A stretch of DNA of 64,000 bases from an uncultured Solirubrobacteraceae bacterium. Its GTDB lineage: Bacteria > Actinomycetota > Thermoleophilia > Solirubrobacterales > Solirubrobacteraceae. Below are positions 18,621 to 26,883 of this stretch, one piece after another. The DNA is taken from NCBI GenBank assembly GCA_963791405.1, contig CAWBSJ010000003.1:89193-153192 (forward strand), given 5' to 3'. Below the pieces are notes generated by a model. It was not told the DNA's origin and made no database searches. It saw nothing but the letters and a program-made list of their open reading frames with translations. The position numbers and the translations under genes were made by a program. The first letter of the stretch is position 1. Each line of letters starts with the position of its first letter.

Positions 18621-19432
18621 ATGATCGTCGACGCCTGGATGCAGCACCCGACCGAGCGGCTGTTCCGCCACCCGATGCTCGCCCCGCTGATGCGCTGGAC
18701 CGGCCAGGAGCCGCCGCGCGGCGAGATCCCGCTCGGCGTCACGCTCGACGGCGATGGACGCCGGCGGCGTCGACCGCGGGCTGATCAGCGCCTGGACCGG
18801 CCCCGAGGGCGACCTGATCTCCAACGACGAGGTCGCCGGCTGGGTCGCGCAGGCGCCCGACCGGCTCGCGGGGCTCGCCGCGGTCGACCTGCGCGACCCG
18901 GTCCGCGCGGTGCGCGAGCTGCGGCGCTGCGTCACCGGAGCTCGGCTTCAAGGGGCTGCGGGTCGTCCCGTGGCTGTGGGGCTGGCCGCCGAACGACCGC
19001 CGCTACTACCCGCTCTACGCCGAGTGCGTGGAGCTGGGCGTCCCGTTCTGCACCCAGGTCGGCCACACCGGCCCGCTGCGCAGCTCCGAGACCGGCCGCC
19101 CGATCCCCTACCTCGACGACGTCGCGCTCGACTTCCCCGACCTGACGATCGTCGGCGGCCACATCGGCTACCCGTGGACCGAGGAGATGGTCGCGCTCGC
19201 GCGCAAGTACCCCAACGTGTACATCGACACGTCGGCCTACACCGCGCGGCGCTACCCGCCCGAGCTGGTCCGCTACCTGCGCGCCGACGGCGCCGGCAAG
19301 GTCCTGTTCGGCACGAACTGGCCGATGATCGCGCCGCAGCGCGCGCTCGAGCACCTCGGCGACCTGGAGCTCGAGCCGGCGGCGGCCGACGCGTTCCTCG
19401 GCGCGAACGCGCGCGCCGTGTTCGGGCTCTAG
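18621..19432 (+). CDS. amidohydrolase family protein (amidohydrolase_2 / ACMSD-like), frameshifted twice
   Basis: MIVDAWMQHP..., MDAGGVDRGLISAW..., LGFKGLRVVPWLWGWPPNDRRYYPLYAECVELGVPFCTQVGHTG, IVGGHIGYPWTEE and LFGTNWPM are spread across three frames. Confidence 0.8.
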
Positions 19433-19922
19433 CCGTCCTGGGCCGCGCGCCAGCGCTTGCGGGCGCGCTCGATCGACTCGAGCGCGTCCTCGCGCGGGTA
19501 CCAGCCGTCGACCTTGACGACCTTCCACTCGGGCGTCTTGTAGATCGAGAAGAAGTGCGAGATCTCGTCGCGCAGCGACATCGGCAGGTCGTCGAGCCGC
19601 TCGATGTGCGACCAGTTCGGGTCGGTGTGCGGGACGCAGAGGATCTTGTTGTCCTCCGCCTTCTGGTCGCGCATCCGGAACAGCGCGACCGGCTTGACCT
19701 CGATCAGGCAGCCCGGGAACGTCGGCTCCGAGACGGCGATCATCGCGTCGAGCGGGTCGCCGTCGGCCGCGAGCGTGTCGCGGAAGAAGCCGTAGTCGGT
19801 CGGGTAGCCGAGCGAGGAGAACAGCAGCCGGTCGAGCTTGATCGCCCCCAGCTCGGGGTCCCACTCGTACTTGTTCGAGTCCCCTTGGGGATCTCGACGA
19901 CGGCGACCAGGTCGTCGGGCAT
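19429..19922 (-). CDS. ppa: inorganic pyrophosphatase, one frameshift near codon 15
   Basis: MPDDLVAVVEIPKG (19740..19922), then after a shift NKYEWDPELGAIKLDR... and ORF 19429..19743 (MIAVSEPTFPGCLIEVKPVALFRMRDQKAEDNKILCVP). Family I PPase motifs. Confidence 0.9.
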
Positions 19923-19935
19923 GGCGGGCGGGACC

Positions 19936-20769
19936 CTAGCCCGTGAAGGGCGAGTCGCGCCCGGAGACGGCGATCCCCGCGACGGCGGCGATCAGGCCGA
20001 CGACCACGCAGGCGACGACCGGGAGCACGATCCCGCCGCGGCGCGTGCCGAGCCGCTCCATCGCGAAGGCGCAGACCACGCCGCCGATCAGGCCGCCGAT
20101 GTGGCCGCCCACCGAGACGTTCGGGATGATGAAGCCGAGCACCAGGTTGAACAGGATCAGCGGGCCGATCCCCGACCGCATCGGGTCGATCCCGCGCTCG
20201 CGCTGGAGCACGAACGCCGCGCCGAGCAGCCCGAACACCGCGCCGGACGCGCCGACCGTGACCGCGTTGGGCGACAGCGCGAGCGCGCCGGCCGAGCCGG
20301 CGAGCAGCGAGGCGAAGTACAGCGCCCCGAAGCGGGCGTGCCCGAGCGCCGGCTCGATCATCGTGCCGACCCAGTAGAGGATGTACATGTTGAAGCCGAT
20401 GTGGAGGATCCCCGAGTGCAGGAAGCCCGAGGTGATCAGCCGCCAGTAGTCGTGGCCGATGTCGATCGCCGGGCCCCAGAGCGCGAAGTCGTTGAACACG
20501 CGCGAGCCGCCGCTCCCGCCGCCGGTCAGGAGGCCCCCGCCCCCGCCCGACCCGAGGAACATCAGCACGTTGATCGCGATCAGCACGTAGGTGACGATCG
20601 GGTCGACGTGCAGCGAGCGCATCGTCTGCACGCGCTGGGTCTGGCCGGCGCACTCCGGGCAGCGCATCCCGACCGGCGTCGCGGTCATGCAGTCCGGGCA
20701 GATCGGCTTGCCGCAGTTCGAGCAGGAGACGCCCGTCTCGCGGCCGGGGTGGCGGTAGCAGGTGGCCAT
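19936..20769 (-). CDS. rhomboid family intramembrane serine protease with N-terminal zinc ribbon
   Basis: Intact 277-aa ORF with CYRHPGRETGVSCSNCGKPICPDCM...CPEC, rhomboid motifs WRLITSGFLHSGILHIGFNM and GASGAVFGLLGA (catalytic Ser), and HIGGLIGG (His). Confidence 0.9.
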   Translation of the reverse strand: MATCYRHPGRETGVSCSNCGKPICPDCMTATPVGMRCPECAGQTQRVQTMRSLHVDPIVTYVLIAINVLMFLGSGGGGGLLTGGGSGGSRVFNDFALWGPAIDIGHDYWRLITSGFLHSGILHIGFNMYILYWVGTMIEPALGHARFGALYFASLLAGSAGALALSPNAVTVGASGAVFGLLGAAFVLQRERGIDPMRSGIGPLILFNLVLGFIIPNVSVGGHIGGLIGGVVCAFAMERLGTRRGGIVLPVVACVVVGLIAAVAGIAVSGRDSPFTG

Positions 20770-20807
20770 CAGGGCGGCGAACCTAGCAGCCGGATCTGTG
20801 CGTCAGA

Positions 20808-21539
20808 TCAACTGGTCGGCGCGTTGATGACCGGCGTGGTCGTCGGCGCCGGGGAGCCGCCGGGCGGCTCGGCCGAGACCAGCACGGACTGGACCCCGTC
20901 GAGCGAGCCGGGGACGGCCACGTCGGCCGATCCGTCGGCGCGCGGCGTCCACAGCGCGGTCGTCGGGACCGGCTTCCCGCCCGGCTTGAGCGTCCACACC
21001 TGGTAGACGCGGCCCTCGGGCGGCTCCGGCATCCCGGTCGCGACGAGGGTGGCGCCCTGGTCGCCGATCTTCAGGTCGACCTTGGCGCCCTCCGGCGCCT
21101 GGGCGGACAGCGTGCGCGTCTCCTCGCCGCCGCCGGCGATCAGCCCGCCGACCACGCCGCCGCCGACCAGCAGCACGAGCGCGCAGGCGAGCGCGACGGC
21201 CGGGCGCGACAGCCAGCCGAACCAGCTGCGGCGCTCGCGCGCCGGCTTCGCCTCGCGCCGGGCGGGGCGGCCGACCGGGTCGGCGGAGGCGAGCAGCTCG
21301 GCCTCGGCCTCGACGACGGTCATGATCCGGTCCTTGAGCGCGGGCGGCGGCGGGACGAGCGGCACCGAGACCGGCAGCGCGTCGGCGGCCACGCGCAGGC
21401 GGTCCACCTCGTCGCGGCACGCCGGGCACTCGGACAGGTGCTCCTCGAAGCCGCCGAGCTCGTCGTCGGGCATCGCGCCGAGCAGGAACGAGCCGACGGA
21501 GTCGGCCCAGCGCTCGTGATCGGGTCCGAAGCGGGTCAT
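20808..21539 (-). CDS. anti-sigma factor (zf-HC2 N-terminus, RskA-like extracytoplasmic domain)
   Basis: Intact ORF with HLSECPACRDEV (H-x3-C-x2-C), one TM (AVALACALVLLVGGGVVGGLIA) and a C-terminal RskA-like YQVWTLKPGGKPVPT. The start overlaps the upstream sigma stop (ATGA). Confidence 0.8.
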   Translation of the reverse strand: MTRFGPDHERWADSVGSFLLGAMPDDELGGFEEHLSECPACRDEVDRLRVAADALPVSVPLVPPPPALKDRIMTVVEAEAELLASADPVGRPARREAKPARERRSWFGWLSRPAVALACALVLLVGGGVVGGLIAGGGEETRTLSAQAPEGAKVDLKIGDQGATLVATGMPEPPEGRVYQVWTLKPGGKPVPTTALWTPRADGSADVAVPGSLDGVQSVLVSAEPPGGSPAPTTTPVINAPTS

Positions 21540-22138
21540 CCGAGGGTCACCTGCCCCGTGCCGAGCGCGTGGCGCATCTTCTCGAGGCCGAGCCGCATCC
21601 GCCCCTTCACGGTGCCGACGGGCATCTCCAGCATGGTGGCGATCTCCGTGTGCGTGAAGCCGCCGAAGTACGCGAGCTCGATCACCCGGCTCTGCTCGGC
21701 CGGGAGCTGCTCGAGCGCGCCGCGGAGCGTCGCCGCCTCCTCGTGGCGCGCGGCCTGCGCGTCGGTCCGCTCGCCGGTCTCGAGCTTCTCCTCGAGGCCC
21801 TCGTCGCTCGTCCGCCGCTTCTCGTGGACCTGCGAGCGGCGCAGCGCGTCGATCGCGCGGTGGTGCACGATCCCCAGGACCCAGGTGCGGACCGAGCCGC
21901 GCGCGCGCTCGTAGCGCGCGCCGGAGCGCCAGAGGCTGACGAACGCCTCCTGCACGACGTCCTCGGCGAGCCCGCGCGAGCCGGCCATCCGGTAGGCGAG
22001 CGAGAAGGCCGCCTGGCTGTGGCGCTCGTAGAGCACCTCGAAGGCGCGGGCCTCGCCGCGGCGCATGAACTGCATCAGGTCCTCGTCCGCGAGTGCGCGC
22101 AGGTCGTCGGGCATCGTCGGCTCGTTCCTACGCGCCAT
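21536..22138 (-). CDS. ECF-type RNA polymerase sigma factor (SigK-like)
   Basis: 200 aa from MARRNEPT. Region 2: AFSLAYRMAGSRGLAEDVVQEAFVSLWR. Region 4: LPAEQSRVIELAYFGGFTHTEIATMLEMPVGTVKGRMRLGL. In this sequence it is fused in frame to the upstream small ORF. Confidence 0.9.
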   Translation of the reverse strand: MARRNEPTMPDDLRALADEDLMQFMRRGEARAFEVLYERHSQAAFSLAYRMAGSRGLAEDVVQEAFVSLWRSGARYERARGSVRTWVLGIVHHRAIDALRRSQVHEKRRTSDEGLEEKLETGERTDAQAARHEEAATLRGALEQLPAEQSRVIELAYFGGFTHTEIATMLEMPVGTVKGRMRLGLEKMRHALGTGQVTLG

Positions 22139-22152
22139 CGCCCGTCCCCGGA

Positions 22153-22516
22153 TCAGAACACGTCGTCGGCAACGCGCCGGGCTTCGCGCGCGAGATCGCG
22201 CACGGTGCGCCCGACGAGGTCGACGGGGGACGCCGCCTCGTGGCGCCGGCGGTGCCGCTTGCGCTGGGTCCGGATCGAGCACGAGCCCGACGGCCGCGCC
22301 CGAGCCGATCGCCGCCGCGGCGACCGGCCGCGCGATGCGGCTCCAGTTGCGCGGGTCGCGGAACGTCGAGAGCTCCCACGCCTCGAGCTCCTCGGCGGCC
22401 ATGTCGACGAGCGAGCCGAGCGTCAGCTCCAGCCGCGCCTCCAGCTCGCGCGGCGGATCGACGGGCGAGAGCGCCCGCTTGAGCTTGAGCTCGAAGTCGG
22501 CGAGTTGGTCGCTCAT
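22153..22516 (-). CDS. small single-pass membrane protein (possible anti-sigma partner), one frameshift
   Basis: MSDQLADFELKLKRAL... has TM IARPVAAAAIGSGAAVGLVL. After a 1-nt shift near 22275-22280 the tail reads IRTQRKRHRRRHEAASPVDLVGRTVRDLAREARRVADDVF, stop 22153-22155. The start overlaps the upstream sigma stop. Confidence 0.5.
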
Positions 22517-23064
22517 GGCTCAGTCGTACCCTCGTCCTGCTTCACGATCTCCTCGAGCTGCCGGATGGCGCGGTGCAGCAGCACCTTCGTGGCGCCGTCC
22601 GTGCGCCCGAGCGCACGCGCGATCTCGCGGTTGTCCATCCCGAGGGCGAAGCGCATGATCAGCGCCTCGCGGCGGTCGTCCGGCAGCTTCTGGACACCAG
22701 TCAGGATTCGCTTGAGGTCGTCGCGATCCTCCACCAGCGCCTCGGTGGTGTGCGGCGCGGACAGCGGCCCGGCGTCGTCGATCGGCGTCTGCGGGCGGCG
22801 CGAGCGGTCGCGGTAGTAGTTCGCCGCCAGGTTGTGCGCGATCCGGATGAGCCACGGCCGCAGCGGCCGGCCCTCCGACTCGCGCTGGGCGCGCTCGAAG
22901 TGGCGGTAGGCCTGCAGGAACGTCTGCTCCGTGAGGTCCTCCGCGTCGTGGTGGTTGCCGACGCGGTAGTACGAGTACGAGTAGACGTCGCGCAGATGCG
23001 CGCGGTAGAGCTGCGAGAAGGCCTCGTCGAGCGAGGCCTTGTCGGTCGGTTCCGTCGCGGCCAT
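22513..23064 (-). CDS. ECF-type RNA polymerase sigma factor
   Basis: Intact 183-aa ORF. Region 2: VYSYSYYRVGNHHDAEDLTEQTFLQAYRHF, WLIRIAHNLAANYYR. Region 4: LPDDRREALIMRFALGMDNREIARALGRTDGATKVLLHRAIRQL. Confidence 0.9.
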   Translation of the reverse strand: MAATEPTDKASLDEAFSQLYRAHLRDVYSYSYYRVGNHHDAEDLTEQTFLQAYRHFERAQRESEGRPLRPWLIRIAHNLAANYYRDRSRRPQTPIDDAGPLSAPHTTEALVEDRDDLKRILTGVQKLPDDRREALIMRFALGMDNREIARALGRTDGATKVLLHRAIRQLEEIVKQDEGTTEP

Positions 23065-23079
23065 GCGTCACGGACAAGG

Positions 23080-24585
23080 CTATTCCCTCAGGCGACCCGC
23101 GCGTGCGCGCGACGCGGCGCCGCCGGGCGCTGGGCGGTCAGGGAAGCGACCCAGTCGCGCGGACGGGACGCGCCCGGTCACGACGTCCGCCAGCCCGGCC
23201 AGCACCGGGGCCTCGAGCCCGGCGGTGCGGATCTGCTCGGCCAGGAGCGGGACCTGGAGCTCCGTGTCGGCGCCCGTCGAGCGGCCCAGCACCGTGGCGA
23301 CGAGGTCGCCGGTGCCCGCCAGGCCGGCGAACGTGCCGGGCTCGGCGCCGGCGATCCGCGCGTAGCGCTCGACCTCGGCGAAGACCTTGCCGGCCGCGCT
23401 GCCCGCGCGCTGCGGGCCGGCGACGGCGGCGGCCAGCGCGGCGGCGCCCGTGGCGCAGCCGGCGAGCTCGACGCCGGTCACGTCGGCGGTCGCGGTGACG
23501 TCGAAGCGCGCGGCCGCGAGCGCGTCGGCGACCTGGCGGCGGAACGCGGGGTCGGCCGCGGCGACCACGTAGGAGCCGCCGGCGTCGGGGTCGGGCGGGC
23601 CGGCGAGCACGCCGGTCGCCCATGCGGGCGTGCGCTCGCCGACGTAGGCGGCGGGCAGCGTCCCGAGCGGCGGCACCATCCCGCGCGCCAGCACGAGCAC
23701 CCCGGCGCGGCTGGGGATCCGGGCGCCGTGCTCGGCGACGGCGGCGGGCAGCCGGTCGGCGGGCGTCGCGAAGCAGACGAGGTCGTGGCGCGACAGCTCG
23801 AGCCCCGGCCCGCGATCGACCTCGAGCCCGGCGCGGCCGAGCATCGCGCCGACCGCCGCGGCCCACGGGCCGTCGCCGATCACCGCGGCGCGGCGCAGCG
23901 GCGGCAGGCCGCCGAGCCACTCCCACTGCAGCATCACGTTGGGCCAGATCCGGTCGGTGACCGTGGCGGCGAGCTGCGGCGACGCGTGCTCGACGCGCGG
24001 GAAGCGCAGCGGGCTGCCGATCCGCACCCGCACCTTGTGCGGCCGGATGAGGATCCCCTTGCGCACCCGCTCGGTGCCGATGATCGCGACCGGCACGACG
24101 GGCACGCCGGTCTCGAGCGCGAGCCGGCCGACGCCGCGCTTGGGCCGCCCGAGCGCGCCGGGGCGGATCCGCGTCCCCTCGGCGAACATCAGGACGGAGT
24201 CGCCGCGCGCGAGGATCGCCTTGGCGGTCTCGACGAAGTCCGTGTCGCCCTCGCCGCGGTTGACCGGGAAGGCGCCGAGCGCGCTCAGGAACCAGGCCAC
24301 GATCCGGTAGCGGAAGAGCTCCGACTTCGCGACGTAGTACATCGGGCGACGGGAGATCATCCCGATCACGAACGGGTCGAGGAACGAGCGGTGGTTGGCG
24401 CAGAAGATGACCGGCCCGTCCGTCGGCACGTGCTCGCGCCCGATCCGCGACAGGCGGAAGTAGAGGTGGAAGAACGGCTGCAGGACCGCGCGCGACAGCC
24501 AGTAGACGATCGGGTTCACGCCACGCACCCGCGCGCGGGTGTGGAAGCCGTCCAGCGCGGCGCGGGAAGCGGGTTCGCCGGTCAC
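23080..24585 (-). CDS. fusion protein: 1-acyl-sn-glycerol-3-phosphate acyltransferase (PlsC) domain plus GpsA-like (glycerol-3-phosphate dehydrogenase-like) domain
   Basis: Intact 501-aa ORF. N-terminal motifs FCANHRSFLDPF (H-x4-D), FAEGTR and VPVVPVAI. From about residue 225, AAVIGDGPWAAAVGAMLGRAG ... GVELAGCATGAAALAAAVAG ... FAGLAGTGDLVATVLG is collinear with GpsA. Confidence 0.8.
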   Translation of the reverse strand: MTGEPASRAALDGFHTRARVRGVNPIVYWLSRAVLQPFFHLYFRLSRIGREHVPTDGPVIFCANHRSFLDPFVIGMISRRPMYYVAKSELFRYRIVAWFLSALGAFPVNRGEGDTDFVETAKAILARGDSVLMFAEGTRIRPGALGRPKRGVGRLALETGVPVVPVAIIGTERVRKGILIRPHKVRVRIGSPLRFPRVEHASPQLAATVTDRIWPNVMLQWEWLGGLPPLRRAAVIGDGPWAAAVGAMLGRAGLEVDRGPGLELSRHDLVCFATPADRLPAAVAEHGARIPSRAGVLVLARGMVPPLGTLPAAYVGERTPAWATGVLAGPPDPDAGGSYVVAAADPAFRRQVADALAAARFDVTATADVTGVELAGCATGAAALAAAVAGPQRAGSAAGKVFAEVERYARIAGAEPGTFAGLAGTGDLVATVLGRSTGADTELQVPLLAEQIRTAGLEAPVLAGLADVVTGRVPSARLGRFPDRPAPGGAASRARAGRLRE

Positions 24586-24629
24586 GTCGAGGGGTACCCG
24601 GCGCGACCCGGCTCGTTACAGTCCGCCGC

Positions 24630-25166
24630 ATGGCGATGGCCACCCGAACCCTGCGCGGCGCGCTCGCCGGCGCGGCCGCCGCGGGCGTCTGGGCGGCCCA
24701 GCAGCCGCTCGACCGGCGCGTCTTCGGCGTCCCCTACGACGACACCGAGCTGCTCGGTCGCTGGGTGGTCCCGAAGGGCGCCGGCTGGCAGCCCGCCGGG
24801 ATCGCGCTCCACCTCGCCAACGGCGCCCTGTTCGGGGCCGCCTACGCGAACGTCGCCCCGTCGCTGCCGGTCGCGCCCGTCCTGCGCGGGCCGCTCGCCG
24901 GCCTGGCCGAGCACCTCGTCACCTGGCCCGGGACCGCGGTGCTCCCGCGCGTCCACCCGGCCGACCTGCCGCAGCTCTGGGGCTCGGGCCGCGCGTTCGC
25001 GCAGGCGACCTGGCGCCACGTGCTGTTCGGGCTCGTCCTCGGCGAGCTCGAGCGCCGGCTCAACCCGCCGGAGGAGGAGCCGGGCGCGGTCGACGACGAC
25101 GTCGCCGCCACGAACGGCCACGGCTCGGCCGAGCACCTCGTCGCGCCCGGACCGGCCGCGTCCTGA
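24630..25166 (+). CDS. hypothetical membrane-associated protein (178 aa)
   Basis: Intact GC3-rich ORF with several hydrophobic segments (GALAGAAAAGVWAA, GIALHLANGALFGAAYANV, WRHVLFGLVLGEL). No family recognised with confidence. Confidence 0.5.
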   Translation: MAMATRTLRGALAGAAAAGVWAAQQPLDRRVFGVPYDDTELLGRWVVPKGAGWQPAGIALHLANGALFGAAYANVAPSLPVAPVLRGPLAGLAEHLVTWPGTAVLPRVHPADLPQLWGSGRAFAQATWRHVLFGLVLGELERRLNPPEEEPGAVDDDVAATNGHGSAEHLVAPGPAAS

Positions 25167-26099
25167 GCCGGCGCGTCGTCATCACCGGGGCGTCGGGGTT
25201 CGCGGGCGCGCACCTGGCCGCCGCCTGCCGCGGCGGCGGGCGACGAGGTCGTCGCGCTCTCGCGCCGCGCCGGGGTCGACCTGCGCGACGCCGCCGCGAC
25301 GCGCGCCGCGATCGCCGACGCCGCCCCCGCGGTCGTCTTCCACCTCGCCGCGCTGGCCCACGTCGGCCGCTCGTGGGGCGACCCGGCGGCGACGCTGGCC
25401 GAGAACGGCGCGATCAACCTGAACGTGCTCGAGGCGGTCCGCGCCGCGGCGCCGGAGGCGATGGTGGTCGCCGTCTCGTCCGGCGAGGTCTACGGCCCGC
25501 CGGCGTCGCTGCCGGTCGGCGAGACCGCGCTGCTGCGGCCGCAGAACCCGTACGCGGTCTCGAAGGCCGCGGGCGACCTGCTCGCCGGCTTCTACGCCGA
25601 CGCGCACGGGCTCCGCGTCGCGCGGCCGCGCGCGTTCAACCACGCCGGGCCGGGGCAGCCGCCGCTCTACGCGCTCGCGTCGTTCGCCCGCCAGGTCGCC
25701 GCGGGCCTGGAGGCCGGCGACGCGACCGTGCGCGTCGTCACCGGCAACCCGGACGCCCGCCGCGACTACACCGACGTGCGCGACGTCGTGCGCGCGTACC
25801 GGCTGATCGCGGACGCGGGCGTCACCGGCGCGGTCAACGTCTGCTCGGGGCGGACGGCGTCGGCGCGCGAGCTGCTCGCGGGGCTCGGCCGCGTGACCGG
25901 CGCCGCGATCGACCACGTCGTCGATCCGGCGCTCGTGCGCGCGCACGAGGTCATGGAGGTGCGCGGGAGCGCCGCGCTGCTGCACGACGCGACCGGCTGG
26001 GAGCCCGAGCTCCCGCTCGAGCGGACGCTGGCCGACACCGTCGCCTGGTGGCGCGAGGAGATCCGCGCCGGCCGCGCCGGCGGCGCGCTCCACGAGTGA
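25163..26099 (+). CDS. NAD-dependent epimerase/dehydratase (GDP-sugar reductase/dehydratase-like), frameshift near the 5' end; start uncertain
   Basis: RRVVITGASGFAGAHLAAA (Rossmann) is in one frame, then VVFHLAALAHV, SSGEVYG, NPYAVSKAAGDLL (Y-x3-K) and RAFNHAGPGQ are in ORF 25425..26099. No canonical start codon is visible near 25160. Confidence 0.85.
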
Positions 26100-26100
26100 C

Positions 26101-26734
26101 TCACGGGAACGCCGGATCGTCCGGCCGCAGGTCGAGCGGCCCGCCGTCGGCGCAGCGCGGGTCGCGGTAGCGCGCCGGGCAGGTCGAGGTAGCCGCCCTC
26201 GATCTGCGCCCGCGCGAGCGCGGCGCCCTGGGCGGGCGTGGCGCCGAGCTGCGCGGCCGTCCAGGCCATCGTCTGGAGCGAGCGGCACTCGGTCTCGCCC
26301 TCGTCGAGCACGCCGCGCAGGTGCCAGGACTCATGGGCGAGCACGTCGACCGCCATCGCGGTCGCGCGCCCGTGGCGGCCGCAGGCGATCCCGGCACGCT
26401 CCGTGCAGGCGAGCTCCGCGCCGCGGCGGCCCTCGGCCAGCGCGTCGAGCTCCGCGCACGCCGTCTCGCGCAGCTTCGTCTCGTCGTCCGGCGTGCCGTC
26501 GGCGTCGAAGCGGACGCTGCCCTCGACGATGTCCCACCCGAACAGGCGCCCGACCGGGCCGGGGCAGTGGACCGCGACGGGGCGGCCGGCGATCTGCGAG
26601 GCGATCGCGCCGAGCCGGCGCTCGTTCGCGCGCGTGTCGTGCCAGGTCGCGCCCCACCACGCGAGCACGGCGAGCAGCGCCGCGGTCGCGCCGGCCTTGA
26701 CCCAGAGCGGCGTCCTCGCGTGCACGCGCGTCAT
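26101..26734 (-). CDS. membrane-anchored Cys-rich protein with HExxH motif (putative metalloprotease-like), one frameshift near the 3' end
   Basis: N-terminal anchor VKAGATAALLAVLAWWGA, at least seven Cys, and AVDVLAHESWHLRG (HExxH). The C-terminus ARYRDPRCADGGPLDLRPDDPAFP is in a shifted frame (26101..26397). Confidence 0.55.
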
Positions 26735-26782
26735 GGGGCGGGTATCGGCGCCGCCGGGCCGCCCTAGACTCCGGGCTGCGCG

Positions 26783-26855
26783 TGCCGGAGTAGCTCAGTT
26801 GGTAGAGCACTCGCCTTGTAAGCGAGAGCGCAGGGGTTCGAGTCCCCTCTCCGGC
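26783..26855 (+). tRNA. tRNA-Thr (anticodon UGU)
   Basis: Cloverleaf folded by hand: acceptor GCCGGAG/CTCCGGC, D arm GCTC-AGTTGGTA-GAGC, anticodon arm CTCGC-CTTGTAA-GCGAG, T arm AGGGG-TTCGAGT-CCCCT, discriminator T. No encoded CCA. Confidence 0.9.
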
Positions 26856-26860
26856 TCCTA

Positions 26861-26883
26861 GCTCACCCTCGACTGGAGGGTGA
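26861..26883. terminator. hairpin between the tRNA and the convergent DUF4031 gene
   Basis: CTCACCCTC gactg GAGGGTGAG is a 9-bp perfect stem, 5 nt after the tRNA. It overlaps the last codons and stop of the minus-strand gene. Confidence 0.5.
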
